Assembly: GCA_010909165.1 (NCBI GenBank) | Contig: VJWM01000249.1 | Coordinates: forward strand, 1-64,000 | DNA length: 64,000 bases | Origin: Anthoceros angustus | Lineage: Eukaryota; Plantae; Anthocerotophyta | Direction: 5' to 3' | In this document: positions 36,101 to 48,181 of the stretch, piece after piece | How the letters are laid out: each line of letters opens with the position of its first letter | How positions within the stretch are numbered: position 1 is the first letter of the stretch | Made by a program: the position numbers and the translations under genes | Notes under the pieces: model-generated | Seen by the model: only the letters and a program-made list of their open reading frames with translations | Databases searched by the model: none | Told to the model about the DNA's origin: nothing

Positions 36101-38111
36101 GACCTTGCTGTGCATACCCAGCAATCAGGGCCGTCCATGTCACCACATTTTTTGTGGCCAGGCTGTCAAAAACCCGGCGTGCATCCTCCAGTTCGCCACA
36201 CTTTGCATACATGTCTACCAGGCAAGTACGGACAAGCATGCTATCTACGTGTCCTCTTTCCACAATCTGTGAGTGCAGCTGCCTGCCCTTCTGTAAGGCA
36301 CCAGCTTGCACAGGCCTTCAGAAGGCAAGCAAAAGTAACATCAGCCACAGGCCCTCCTGCTCCATTTGTTCATATAGAGCACACGCCTCTTGGCTGAGTC
36401 CTTGCTGTGCATACCCAGCAATCAGGGCATTCCATGTCACCACATCCTTTGTTGCCAAGCTGTCAAAAACCTGGCGTGCATCTTCCAGTTCACCACACTT
36501 TGCATACATGTCCACCAGGCAGTTGCCCACCAGTATGTTATCTAGCAGTCCTCTTTCCACAATCTGTGAGTGCAGCTGCCTGCCCTTCTGTAAGGCACCA
36601 GCACAGGCCTTCAGAAGGCAAGCAAAAGTAACATTGTTACCCACAATCAGGCCCTCCTGCTCCATTTGTCCATACAGAACAAGCGCCTCTTGGCCGAGCC
36701 TTGCTGTGCATACCCAGCAATCAGGGCATTCCATGTCACCACATCCTTTGTGGCCAAGCTGTCAAAAACCTGGCGTGCATCTTCCAGTTCACCACATTTT
36801 GCATACATGTCCACCAGGCAGTTGCCCACCAGTATGCTATCTAGCTGCCTCTTTCCAATCTGAGTGCAGCTGCCTGCCCTTCTGTAGGGCACCAGTGCTT
36901 GCACAGGCCTTCAGAAGGCAAGCAAAAGTAACATGGTCAGCCACAATCAGGCCTTGCTCCATTTGTCCATACAGAACAAGCGCCTCTTGGCCGAGCCTTG
37001 CTGTGCATACCCAGCAATCAGGGCTCCATGTCACCACATCCTTTTTGTGGCCAAGCTGTCAAAAACCTGGCGTGCATCTTCCAGTTCACCACATTTTGCA
37101 TACATGTCCACCAGGCAGTGCCCACAAGTATGTTATCTAGCAGTCCTCTTTCCACAATCTGTGAGTGCAGCTGCCTGCCCTTCTGTAAGGCACCAGCACT
37201 TGCACAGGCCTTCAGAAGGCAAGCAAAAGTAACATCAGCCACAATCAGGCCCTCCTGCTCCATTTGTCCATACAGAACAAGCGCCTCTTGGCTGAGTCCT
37301 TGCTGTGCATACCCAGCAATCAGGGCATTCCATGTGACCACATTCTTTGTAACCAAGCTGTCAAAAACCTGGCGAGCACCTTCCAGTTCGCCACATTTTG
37401 CATACATGTCCACCAGACAGTTGCCCACAAGGATGTTATCTAGCAGTCCTCTTTCCACAATCTGTGAGTGCAGCTGCCTGCCCTTCTGTAAGGCACCAGC
37501 ACTTGCACAGGCCTTCAGAAGACTAGCAAAAGTAACATGGTTACCCACAATCAGTCCCTCATGTTCCATTTGTCCGTACACAACAAGCGCCTCTTGGCTG
37601 TGACCTTGGTTTCCATACCCGGCAATTAGAGCATTCCATGTCACCACATCCTTGGTGGCCAAGCTGTCAAAAACCCTGCGTGCCTCCCCCAGTTCACCAC
37701 ATTTGGCGTACATGTCCACCAGGCAGTTGCCAACAAACAAGTTAGAAGGAATGCCACTGTGCAACACATCAAAATGCACTTTTCTGCCAGATTCCAAGTC
37801 CGCAGCAACTGCACAAGCTTGAAGGGCTGCTACAAAGACGTGAGGATCTGCCTTCACCCCGGAACTAAGCATTTCATGGTACAGTTGTATGGCCTCATTA
37901 GGTTTCCCATGTTTAGCATGTGCAGAGATTATGGAACACCACATGAAGGCATTTGGGTTGAGCACCCTGGTGAACACATCCAAGGCCTCTTGTAGCTTAC
38001 CTCCAGATGCATACATACGCAAGATATGGTTCCCCAAGTATGTATTTAATTCGTACCCAAGTTTGACAGTGAGATCATGAACTCGTCGCCCCACAACCAT
38101 ATCCTTCTTAG
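33104..38111 (-). CDS. PLS-class PPR array (S-LL-L triplets) + P2-L2-S2-E1-E2-DYW:KP domain; candidate U-to-C organellar RNA editing factor (frameshifted in this assembly)
   Basis: 14 S-type motifs spaced ~300-306 bp; KPAVAGIEV in place of the PG box; HAEKLA; CSDCH; HRF..GSCSC; terminal GRT. Confidence 0.92.
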
Positions 38112-39249
38112 CTGCACAGGCGGCGAGAGGAAGAACACGTCTGCACGGAGAGGTGCTAAAGGGAGCTGCGGAGGCGGCGTGCCCTAATCAGCGCTCTGCA
38201 GAGTCCGCGGTGCCTTGCTGTTTTAAGGCTGACATATGCATACCTACACATATATAGGGGAAAGAGAAATGTAAAATGAAAATTCTGGGTGCAATGCCAT
38301 TCCGCTGTTCATCATGTTCATGCCCAATGGTGTTTTCTTCTCGGGTCATTTGTTTTTTAATATCGATCGCTTTCCCGTAGGGCTTTTTACAACAAGGCGA
38401 CGCCGTAGGACGTTTTACAACATCTCATTTACCTTAGGCATACGTATAGCTGGACAAAATACATACCATATCATGTACGGGGAAAAGAAATGAAACATCA
38501 AAATTGCACTGAATCTAGGTTTCCGTTCCCGGGGCAGGTTGATGCTCAAGGCACGTCGGGGCGCGGATGCATGTGGTCCGAAGGTTGTAGCTGCCTATGG
38601 CGCTGAGGGGTTGTGTCGGCCGGGCCTGGGCAGCAGCAGCTGCTATCAACTTCGAGCTTTCGAACTTGCGCGGGCGGCCAACCTCGCAGCACTCTGTGTG
38701 CTGCATTGGAAGGGGTGGGAAACTGAGCCATGGAGCCCTGGCGTTGCAATCCGCATTTTTCGGCACCACGCAGCAGCTGCAGAAGGCCCGCATTCCCAAG
38801 AGTAAATCGGTCACCAGGACCTGGCTGCCCACGGCTAGGATCAAGCGGAGGAAGGATCCTTCCTTCGACAACGTCATCCAGCGAGAGAAGAAGCTGAAGA
38901 TTGTGAGCCGCATTAAGGACCTTCTCGTGAAGCAGCCCGGCCGGGTGATGTCCCTCCGGGACCTGGGGAAGAACAGGAAGCAGATAGGGCTCACAGGGAA
39001 GAGAAGATGTGTGGCTCTGCTCAACAGATACCCGGCTGTTTTCAAGGTACTGCTGCTGATAGATTGGGTCTGGTCTGGTAGGAAGGCAGTGTGGCTTTTT
39101 TCTTGCTTAGGTTGTTACAGCTGAGTGAGCCTGGAGTTACTGTATGAGAATCTGGCTCCGATGTAGGTTTTTGAAGAGGGGTGTAATGTCTTCTACTTCA
39201 GGCTCACGCCCCAGGCTGAAGAACACCACCAGGAGGAGATGAGACTGAG
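38110..39249. repeat. 1.14-kb dispersed duplicate of 41259-42399 (RPS27/WTF1 intergenic region + WTF1 5' end) inserted into the PPR gene
   Basis: Near-identical sequence offset by ~3150 bp; ends marked by AGCTGCACAGGC and GAGACTGAG. Confidence 0.95.
38597..39249 (+). pseudogene. Truncated duplicate of WTF1 5' end (exon 1, intron, start of exon 2)
   Basis: Same translation as the WTF1 N-terminus; after EEMRL it runs into unrelated sequence and stops 24 codons later. Confidence 0.85.
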
Positions 39250-39874
39250 TGATGGGACAGTCTGTCTGCGCCAGAGATTCCAGGGCTCCAACGGCCTCAG
39301 TAAGCTTCTCCTGCTGACATAACGTGCTCACAGTTACAGGCGTTACGGCGCCCATTCCCGATCCTGCAGGCCTGCCCGCACCAGGCTTACCCAGAGAGCT
39401 CCACTTGGGAGGAAAGGCACCATGACCCATCTGCATATCCAAAGAACCCAGCTGCTCATCCACCCAAGCTGGCTTGGACATGTTGTTTAACCAGAGGACC
39501 TCGCCGGACCCTTTACGACGGAAGTCAGGGGAACGAGAGCTCCTCTTACCTCGCCTGTTATCCCACCACATGGCAGGGTCCAGAAAAAAATTTCGCCATA
39601 AGAGCTCCTGCTCCTGCCCCTGCTCTTGCAGCTGGTGACCACCATCGGCGGAAAATCCCTCGCCAGCAATCCATCTGCTCGGAATTGCTGAGTTCCGTAC
39701 ACTATTGCATCGGGAGACTTGATTATTTGCCAGCGGTTGAGTCCCCATAGTGAGGTGGGCGGGAGTTCCTCCAAGAATCTCCGTGATCCCACCCATTTGT
39801 TGGGTCCACGGAGGATCTGGTTGCCATACTGTGACCATCTCCCAGGCACTGCCTTCGGAAGATGAGCACGACAA
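39250..39874 (-). CDS. N-terminal part of the PPR editing factor with an OSB-type PDF motif and a first degenerate PPR
   Basis: WRNFFLDPAMWWDNRRGKRSSRSPDFRRKGSGEVLWLNNMSKPAWVDEQL (39449-39598), followed by LCQQEKLTEAVGALESLAQTDCPIT, typical of the start of a PPR array. True start codon not resolved. Confidence 0.75.
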
Positions 39875-40433
39875 ACAACCCAGACTGTGCCAGGATGCTC
39901 ATGTACTATACACTACCCTTAGAAAAATGGAGCCGGTGGAGCCGGCGGAGCCGGTTAATCGCAGAGAAGCCGAAATGACATAACAACGAGAGTATTTAGG
40001 AGCGTAGAGTAGAAATTGGGAGCCGAGACCACGATGAGAAATCGGGAGCAATCTGAGGGACGACAGGCCTGCGACGTTGGGAAGGAGTTCGACATGTTCT
40101 CACAATCCCACGCTGGCATGCTCGTAACAAAATAACCGAGAGCCTTCCTTTCGGGCCCTTACATTAAGAACAAACTGTAACCAGCAGTGAGAACTATGAA
40201 AACTCCAAGCCTGATAGTCGAGATTAGGTGCTCAAATCAGCTTTGCCAGACTAAGAGGAGATATCGTCTGAACCGTGTACAAAACAAATAAACCCCTCAA
40301 ATGATAATTCGCGAGGCCTAGAAAAGGCCTTAAGACTCCTCCTTCCTCAAACATCCGGGCAACGGAACAGTTCTCATTTCCTACTACTGCCCTATCCAGC
40401 AAAAGGATAGGGCCCCATTCCAGTCAAAGGAGT

Positions 40434-41183
<750 letters not shown>

Positions 41184-41750
41184 GATTGAGAGCTCGTCGA
41201 ATACGCCGGAAGAGCTAGCGCGCTGACAGGAGGTAGGCGCAGGAGGCGCTGAAGGCCGAGCTGCACAGGCGGCGAGAGGAAGAACACGTCTGCACGGAGA
41301 GGTGCTAAAGGGGAGCTGCGGAGGCGGCGTGCCCTAATCAGCGCTCTGCAGAGTCCGCGGTGCCTTGCTGTTTTAAGGCTGACATATGCATACCTACACA
41401 TATATAGGGGGAAAGAGAAATGTAAAATGAAAATTCTGGGTGCAATGCCATTCCGCTGTTCATCATGTTCATGCCCAATGGTGTTTTCTTCTCGGGTCAT
41501 TTGTTTTTTAATATCGATCGCTTTCCCGTAGGGCTTTTTACAACAAGGCGACGCCGTAGGACGTTTTTACAACATCTCATTTACCTTAGGCATACGTATA
41601 GCTGGACAAAATACATACCATATCATGTACGGGGGAAAAAGAAATGAAACATCAAAATTGCACTGAATCTAGGTTTCCGTTCCCGGGGCAGGTTGATGCT
41701 CAAGGCACGTCGGGGCGCGGATGCATGTGGTCCGAAGGTTGTAGCTGCCT

Positions 41751-43381
41751 ATGGCGCTGAGGGGTTGTGTCGGCCGGGCCTGGGCAGCAGCAGCTGCTAT
41801 CAACTTCGAGCTTTCGAACTTGCGCGGGCGGCCAACCTCGCAGCACTCTGTGTGCTGCATTGGAAGGTGGAAACTGAGCCATGGAGCCCTGGCGTTGCAA
41901 TCCGCATTTTCGGCACCACGCAGCAGCTGCAGAAGGCCCGCATTCCCAAGAGTAAATCGGTCACCAGGACCTGGCTGCCCACGGCTAGGATCAAGCGGAG
42001 GAAGGATCCTTCCTTCGACAACGTCATCCAGCGAGAGAAGAAGCTGAAGATTGTGAGCCGCATTAAGGACCTTCTCGTGAAGCAGCCCGGCCGGGTGATG
42101 TCCCTCCGGGACCTGGGGAAGAACAGGAAGCAGATAGGGCTCACAGGGAAGAGAAGATGTGTGGCTCTGCTCAACAGATACCCGGCTGTTTTCAAGGTAC
42201 TGCTGCTGATAGATTGGGTCTGGTCTGGTAGGAAGGCAGTGTGGCTTTTTTCTTGCTTAGGTTGTTACAGCTGAGTGAGCCTGGAGTTACTGTATGAGAA
42301 TCTGGCTCCGATGTAGGTTTTTGAAGAGGGGTGTAATGTCTTCTACTTCAGGCTCACGCCCCAGGCTGAAGAACACCACCAGGAGGAGATGAGACTGAGG
42401 GAAGAGCTTGAAATTGTGGCAGTAGGGAAGCTTAGGAAGATGTTGATGATGTCCATCGACAAGAGGATTCTGATTTCGAAACTGGCACATGTGAAGCGGG
42501 ACTTCGGGTTGTCTGAGGACTATCTCACTTCGGTGGTGCCGAAGTACCCCCAGTACTTCCATGTGGTGGAAACAGAAGACGGGCCTGCGTTGGAGCTGGG
42601 AGAGTGGGACCCCAGCTTGGCTGTAAGTGCTTGGGAAAGGAAGAAAGCCCAGGAGGAAGCAGCCAGAGAAGCCGTCTCATCCGAGAGGCCTAACAAATTC
42701 AGGAAAATCGATCTTCCGAAGGGGTACAATCTGTCCAGGAAGGACAGAGAGGTGATACTTAAGTTCCAGGACCTTCCTTACATCTCACCTTATGCCGATA
42801 TCAGTAGTCTGAGTCCCTCGTCCCCGGAGGCGGAGAAGCATGCTGTGGCGGTGGTGCATGAGGTGCTGAGCCTTACTTTGGAGAAGCGGTTATTGATCGA
42901 CCATCTTACCCACTTCAGGCGGGATTTCAAGTTCTCACAAAGGATACATTCTATGATCATACGGCATCCTGAGTTGTTCTACGTGTCACTGAAGGGAGCC
43001 CGTGACTCTGTCTTCTTAAGGGAGGCCTACCGTGGATCAGAACTGATAGACAGGGATCCTTTGGTGGAAGTCAAAGCACGCCTGGGCGACCTGGTTTCAC
43101 TTGGAAAGAAGGGTGCACCGACTGGCAGAGATCGTGGTGAAGGGGACGAAGACGAAGACGAAGACGAAGACGAGGAGGATGAGGATGATGAAAGTGATGA
43201 TGATGAGGAGGACGGCAGCGACAGTGAGGATGATGATGAGGAGGAGGATGAGGAGGGTGAAAGCGATGACGAAGAGATGGACATGTTAGCAGCAGTAGCC
43301 CAAGCTGACAAACAGGAAAGAGAACTTGTAGCAGCTTTGAAAACATCCAGCCATCCTCCACGAGTAAGGGAGCGGTGGTAG
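41751..43381 (+). CDS. WTF1: PORR-domain plastid group II intron splicing factor, WHAT'S THIS FACTOR 1 ortholog; exons 41751-42196 and 42317-43381
   Basis: Motifs FDNVIQREKKLK, KLRKMLMMS.DKR, KYPQYF, YISPY, EKHAVAVVHE.LSLTLEKR, HPELFYVSLKG.RDSVFLREAY; acidic tail. The exon 1 frameshift is absent from the duplicate copy and is probably a sequence error. Confidence 0.88.
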
Positions 43382-43591
43382 TTTTGCCGTGAGACGTCTC
43401 CTGACGATCCCGCGCGTTTTGCATGTAATGAGAACGGGCTCCCGGCCTAAGGTTTATCCGAACCAGAGTTAGAATGTGTGTTGAAGTTGTGGAAAGACCA
43501 TCCACTGGCCTGGGGGGGTGAAACTCTCGTGGCAACCGCCGTTCCGTTTCCCTTTCTGTACAATGACAAGTGGACTGGACGCTGGCTTGGC

Positions 43592-43701
43592 CTTCCGGAA
43601 TGTTCCCCGCCGAAGAAGAACGAAGGAGAAGCTTCAAGCAGTCTCGAGACTGTGCTGTATGCATCGAGCGTGTTCCGCATGCATGCGAGCTGCCTATAAA
43701 T
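43592..43701 (+). promoter_or_regulatory. HSP70 promoter: heat-shock elements and TATA box
   Basis: Perfect three-unit HSE cTTCcgGAAtgTTCc at 43592-43606; two-unit aGAAgcTTCa at 43627-43636; TATAAAT at 43695-43701. Confidence 0.85.
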
Positions 43702-43856
43702 CCTCTGCTACCTCCGCCCTCTTCCCATCTGTAGGCAGTCAATCTTGCAAGCGCCTGTGCTGCTTACCGTAGCTCGCTGTATTCGGTAGCTCTGTCTGTG
43801 CTTTTTGCTCGCAAAGAAGCGACTTTGTTGTTAGCTTGTGCTTTAGCTCTCAAGTG

Positions 43857-45935
43857 ATGGCGTCAGGAAAGGGAGAGGGGCCAGCTATCGGAATCGACCT
43901 CGGCACTACCTACAGCTGCGTGGGCGTGTGGCATCATGATCGGGTGGAGATCATTCCCAACGACCAGGGCAATCGCACCACTCCGTCTTATGTGGCCTTC
44001 ACCGACACCGAGCGTCTCATCGGAGACGCTGCGAAGAATCAAGTTGCCATGAATCCTGAGAACACTGTTTTCGGTACGTGCTCGCTGAGTCACCGCTTGT
44101 ACTGGATTCCGATGTCCCCAGTTTCGGAGCATCGCAGACTGACGTAGTGATGTAAAATCTTGTTTTCGTGCTCTGACATGGTGTGCTTGCTTTGGAATTC
44201 AGATGCCAAGCGGCTGATTGGTAGGCGATTCACGGATGCATCCGTCCAGGCGGACCAGAAGCTGTGGCCTTTTAAGGTCATCCCGGGGCCTAATGACAAG
44301 CCAATGATCGTGGTCAAGTACAAAGGGGAGGAGAAGCAATTCTCTGCGGAGGAGATATCCTCCATGGTGCTCGTCAAGATGAGGGAGACCGCAGAGGCTT
44401 TCCTGGGGAGATCTCTGAAGAATGCTGTTGTGACTGTTCCTGCCTACTTCAACGACTCTCAGAGGCAGGCAACCAAGGATGCCGGGGTGATCGCCGGGCT
44501 GAACGTCATGAGGATCATCAACGAGCCCACGGCTGCTGCGATTGCCTATGGCCTGGACAAAAAGGGTAAGACCGAGAAGAACATCCTCATTTTTGATCTT
44601 GGGGGTGGAACCTTCGACGTGTCGCTGCTCACAATCGAGGAGGGCATCTTCGAGGTCAAGGCCACAGCCGGTGACACGCACTTAGGAGGCGAGGATTTCG
44701 ACAACCGGATGGTAAACCACTTTGTCCAGGAGTTCAAGAGAAAGCACAGGAAAGACATCAGCGGCAATTCCAGAGCCCTGCGAAGGTTGAGGACTGCCTG
44801 TGAGCGTGCCAAGCGGACTTTGTCTTCCACAGCGCAGACCACTATTGAGATCGACTCGCTCTTTGAAGGCGTGGATTTCTACTCCACCATCACCAGGGCA
44901 AGGTTCGAGGAGATGAACATGGATTTGTTCCGCAACTGCATGATTCCTGTGGAGAAGTGCTTGAAGGATGCCAAGATGGACAAGGGGCAAGTGCATGAGG
45001 TCGTGTTGGTTGGAGGTTCTACCCGAATTCCCAAGGTGCAGAACCTACTTCAGGATTTCTTCAACGGGAAGGAGCTTTGCAAGAGCATCAACCCCGACGA
45101 GGCTGTTGCCTACGGTGCTGCAGTGCAGGCTGCTATTTTGAGTGGGGAAGGTGATGAGAAGGTGCAAGAGCTTCTGCTGCTGGACGTGACGCCCCTCAGC
45201 CTTGGGCTGGAGACCGCGGGAGGTGTGATGACCACGCTCATCCCTCGGAATACCACTATTCCGACCAAGAAGGAGCAAGTCTTTTCCACCTACTCTGACA
45301 ACCAGCCAGGAGTGCTCATCCAAGTTTACGAAGGAGAGAGGGCCAGGACCAAGGATAACAACTTACTGGGCAAGTTCGAACTGTCAGGAATTCCTCCAGC
45401 GCCCAGAGGTGTACCGCAGATCAACGTCACCTTCGACATAGATGCAAACGGCATCCTGAATGTGTCGGCGGAGGACAAGACAGCCGGTGTGAAGAACAGA
45501 ATCACAATCACCAACGATAAGGGAAGGTTGGGCAAGGATGAGATTGAGAGAATGGTGGCAGAGGCAGAGAAATACAAGAGCGAGGATGAAGAGGTGAAGA
45601 GGAAGGTGGAGGCCAAGAACGCCTTGGAGAATTACGCCTACAACATGAGGAACACTGTTAAGGATGAGAAGTTTGCAGGAAAGCTCTCGTCCCAAGAGAA
45701 GGAGACCATCGAGAAGGCGGTGAATGGGGCTATCGAGTGGCTTGATCGCAACCAGCTCGCGGAAGTTGAGGAATTCGAGGACAAGCAAAAGGAGCTGGAA
45801 AATGTTTGCAATCCGATCATCGCCAAGATGTATCAAGGCGGAGAAGGCGGTGGTGATATGCCCAACTATGGGGGTGCTTCTGGTGCCGATGCTGGCAACA
45901 CAGGTCCGGGGCCAAAAATTGAAGAAGTGGATTAG
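43857..45935 (+). CDS. HSP70: Cytosolic heat shock protein 70, 649 aa; exons 43857-44073 and 44203-45935
   Basis: [26 protein letters not shown]-terminal GPKIEEVD; conserved intron position. Confidence 0.98.
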
Positions 45936-46074
45936 GGCGGTAGAGATGAATTGTAGACGAGAAGTTGTGAAGCCTAGCTCGACTTCCTTTATGTAAGAAA
46001 CTTCCCAGGCTGGCATGTACATATCCGAGTGAGGATCACAAACGGGTTTGTAGCAACCCTCAAAATAAACTGTG

Positions 46075-46199
46075 CTCTCGTTGTTGAATGAGGAAATGAA
46101 GGAATTAAGACAACTCTCGTTGTTAAATGAAGAAATGAAGCAATTAAGATAACTCTCGTTGTTAAACGAAGAAATGAAGGAATTAATACAACTCTCGTT
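46075..46199. repeat. 39-bp minisatellite, ~3.2 copies, between the HSP70 and PSAT 3' ends
   Basis: Unit CTCTCGTTGTTRAAYGARGAAATGAAGSAATTAAKAYAA, head-to-tail with no spacers. Confidence 0.9.
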
Positions 46200-46448
46200 T
46201 ATCGATTGGGCCAACCGTGTAGATAATTACAGAAAAAATGGTGTTTGGTTGAATAAATCGCAACAACCCTCTAGATACGGATATTTTTCTCTTGTTCACT
46301 GTGCCAATCGACTTCCAGCACCTGGCACTGTGCATAGACCGATTCATCAACCTAGAAAGACTGGCCTAAGACTCAATATGCCAATAGCCAAGCCACTCTT
46401 ATATATGCCGATAGCCTGTCTTTCAAAAATTCCGATGAAAATCACCTT

Positions 46449-47774
46449 TTAGACTTCATTTTTCGCTTGAAACGTCTTCATGTGGGAAACCAACTTCTCG
46501 ACACCGGCTCTGGGCATGGCATTGTAGATGGAAGCTCTCACACCCCCAACCGACCGGTGACCCTTCAGTTCCTTCAAACCTTGAGCAGCGGCCTCCTTGA
46601 TAAACGCCGCCTCAAGCTCAGGGGTGGCCATTGTGAAGGGCACATTCATGAGAGAGCGAACAGACTTGTCCACCGGACATCTGTAAAAGCCATTGCTCTC
46701 ATCAATTGCGTCATACAATAGCTGAGCTTTGGCAACGTTCTTCTTCTCTATACCTTCCAGACCACCCTGAGCCAACAAGTCTTCAAAGACGAGGCCACAC
46801 AAATAGATAATCCAGCATGGGGGTGTGTTGTACAACGACTTGTTGTCGGCATGAGTCTTGTAATCCAGCATGACAGGAGTCTGTTTCTGCGCTTTCCCAA
46901 GCAAATCTTTCCTGATGATCACAATGGCAATACCTGCTGGTCCGATATTCTTCTGCACACCCCCATAGATGATACCAAATTTGGAGACATCGATTGGCTT
47001 GGAGCAGAAATTGGAGGACACGTCCGCCACTAGAATAGCATCTCCTACATCAGGGTAATCCTTGAACTCCACCCCGTGGATCGTCTCGTTGGCACAAATA
47101 TGAACGAACTTGGCTCCCGGAGTGAGTTTGATCTCATCCTTAGAAGGCAGGCGGGTGTACTTGTCTGCCTTCCCAGACCAAGCCAAATTAGCCTTGCAGT
47201 ATTTCTGCGCCTCCTTGTATGCCTTGTCACTCCAGGAGCCTGTGACAATAAAATCTGCTGTGTCATCTGGCTCGCAGAGCTGGAGAGGAATGGCAGAGAA
47301 CTGGGTAGATGCGCCCCCGGGCACAAACAGAACTTCATACGTTTCCGGAATTTTGAGCAACTCCCGAAAATCAGCTTCAGCTTTCTGGATGATAGACAAG
47401 AACTCCTTGGATCTATGACTCATTTCCATGACGCTCATACCGCTGTTTCTGTAATCCAACAACTCCTCCTGCGACTTTTTCAACACTCTCAACGGAAGCG
47501 TGGCTGGACCAGCGGCGAAGTTGAAAACTTGGCGTTCCTGGTCCTCAACTGGGATGTCCGAAGCCTTGAAACTCGCCGGAGACGGAACAGTTGCCGTGCA
47601 TTGCGTGATGGGCCGTTGGGATCTCCAATTCACGGAGGCAGACTTGAAGCACTTAGCCGAGGCCACGTGTTGACCCTTGAATTCTGAGCCATGTAGCGAT
47701 TCCCGCTTGCTGTTGACTGTGACGCGCGAAGCAGCTTGCGCAAGCAGAGATGCTTGCGACATCGCGGCCGCCAT
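46449..47774 (-). CDS. PSAT: Phosphoserine aminotransferase (SerC family), plastid-targeted, 441 aa, no coding intron
   Basis: [64 protein letters not shown]; Ser/Ala-rich transit peptide. Confidence 0.97.
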   Translation of the reverse strand: MAAAMSQASLLAQAASRVTVNSKRESLHGSEFKGQHVASAKCFKSASVNWRSQRPITQCTATVPSPASFKASDIPVEDQERQVFNFAAGPATLPLRVLKKSQEELLDYRNSGMSVMEMSHRSKEFLSIIQKAEADFRELLKIPETYEVLFVPGGASTQFSAIPLQLCEPDDTADFIVTGSWSDKAYKEAQKYCKANLAWSGKADKYTRLPSKDEIKLTPGAKFVHICANETIHGVEFKDYPDVGDAILVADVSSNFCSKPIDVSKFGIIYGGVQKNIGPAGIAIVIIRKDLLGKAQKQTPVMLDYKTHADNKSLYNTPPCWIIYLCGLVFEDLLAQGGLEGIEKKNVAKAQLLYDAIDESNGFYRCPVDKSVRSLMNVPFTMATPELEAAFIKEAAAQGLKELKGHRSVGGVRASIYNAMPRAGVEKLVSHMKTFQAKNEV

Positions 47775-48172
47775 GAGCTATCTAATCCTGGACAGTTCCA
47801 ACGACGTTCAGTGGCCCTTGAAATTCAGTCACTGAAGCTAGCAGGACTGGAAAAGCCCACACAAAATCATTCAACCGCCAGATCCGAAGACAGACAAGGA
47901 ACAAACAAGTAAGAATGCCAAATCGGGAAGCATCCAAGCTAGCAATTTCACATTTCCGGACAGTGCCATCGAACCGCACCCGACAGGAAGCTCGTGAAGA
48001 TCGCAGCTGTGACGTTGCGCCGACACGGAGCGAGGAGGAATGCAGAGCAAAGCAAAGTTGCTAAGGAGGAGCTCTAGAAAACTGCTAGAGGGCACGATGG
48101 AACGAAGCCCCACGATCGAGCATGGGGAATTGAGTTGGTTTTTCCACAGTACTTTCCATTTAGGGCCAAGGT

Positions 48173-48181
48173 TTAGGGTTT
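48173..48181. promoter_or_regulatory. Telo-box (AAACCCTAA, reverse orientation) in the PSAT/FAM136A divergent promoter
   Basis: TTAGGGTTT about 125 bp upstream of the FAM136A-like ATG. Confidence 0.55.

Noticed and set aside
34273-37603. Long plus-strand ORFs (427, 513 and 201 aa) opposite the PPR array
   Set aside because: Antisense shadows of a repeated coding unit that lacks stops in that frame.
33104-38100. Calling the PPR gene a pseudogene because of frameshifts
   Set aside because: Indels are confined to near-identical repeats, where polishing tends to fail, while the unique DYW end and nearby single-copy genes are intact; unresolved without reads.
41751-42000. WTF1 inactivated by an exon 1 frameshift
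   Set aside because: The differences from the intact duplicate are homopolymer-length deletions, typical of long-read error.
43140-43275. Acidic (GACGAA)n/(GAT)n tract as a novel domain
   Set aside because: A low-complexity acidic tail in frame with WTF1; unremarkable.
46075-46199. Possible CRISPR array (39-bp repeats)
   Set aside because: Units are contiguous with no spacers, there are no cas genes, and the context is eukaryotic.
44199-46214. Antisense ORFs over HSP70, including a 276-aa frame starting in the 39-bp repeat
   Set aside because: Open antisense frames are a known by-product of HSP70 codon usage; the repeated N-terminus comes from the minisatellite.
46449-47774. Intronless serC as a bacterial contaminant or recent transfer
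   Set aside because: It has a plastid transit peptide and a likely 5' UTR intron (47979-47782), and sits among intron-containing plant genes.
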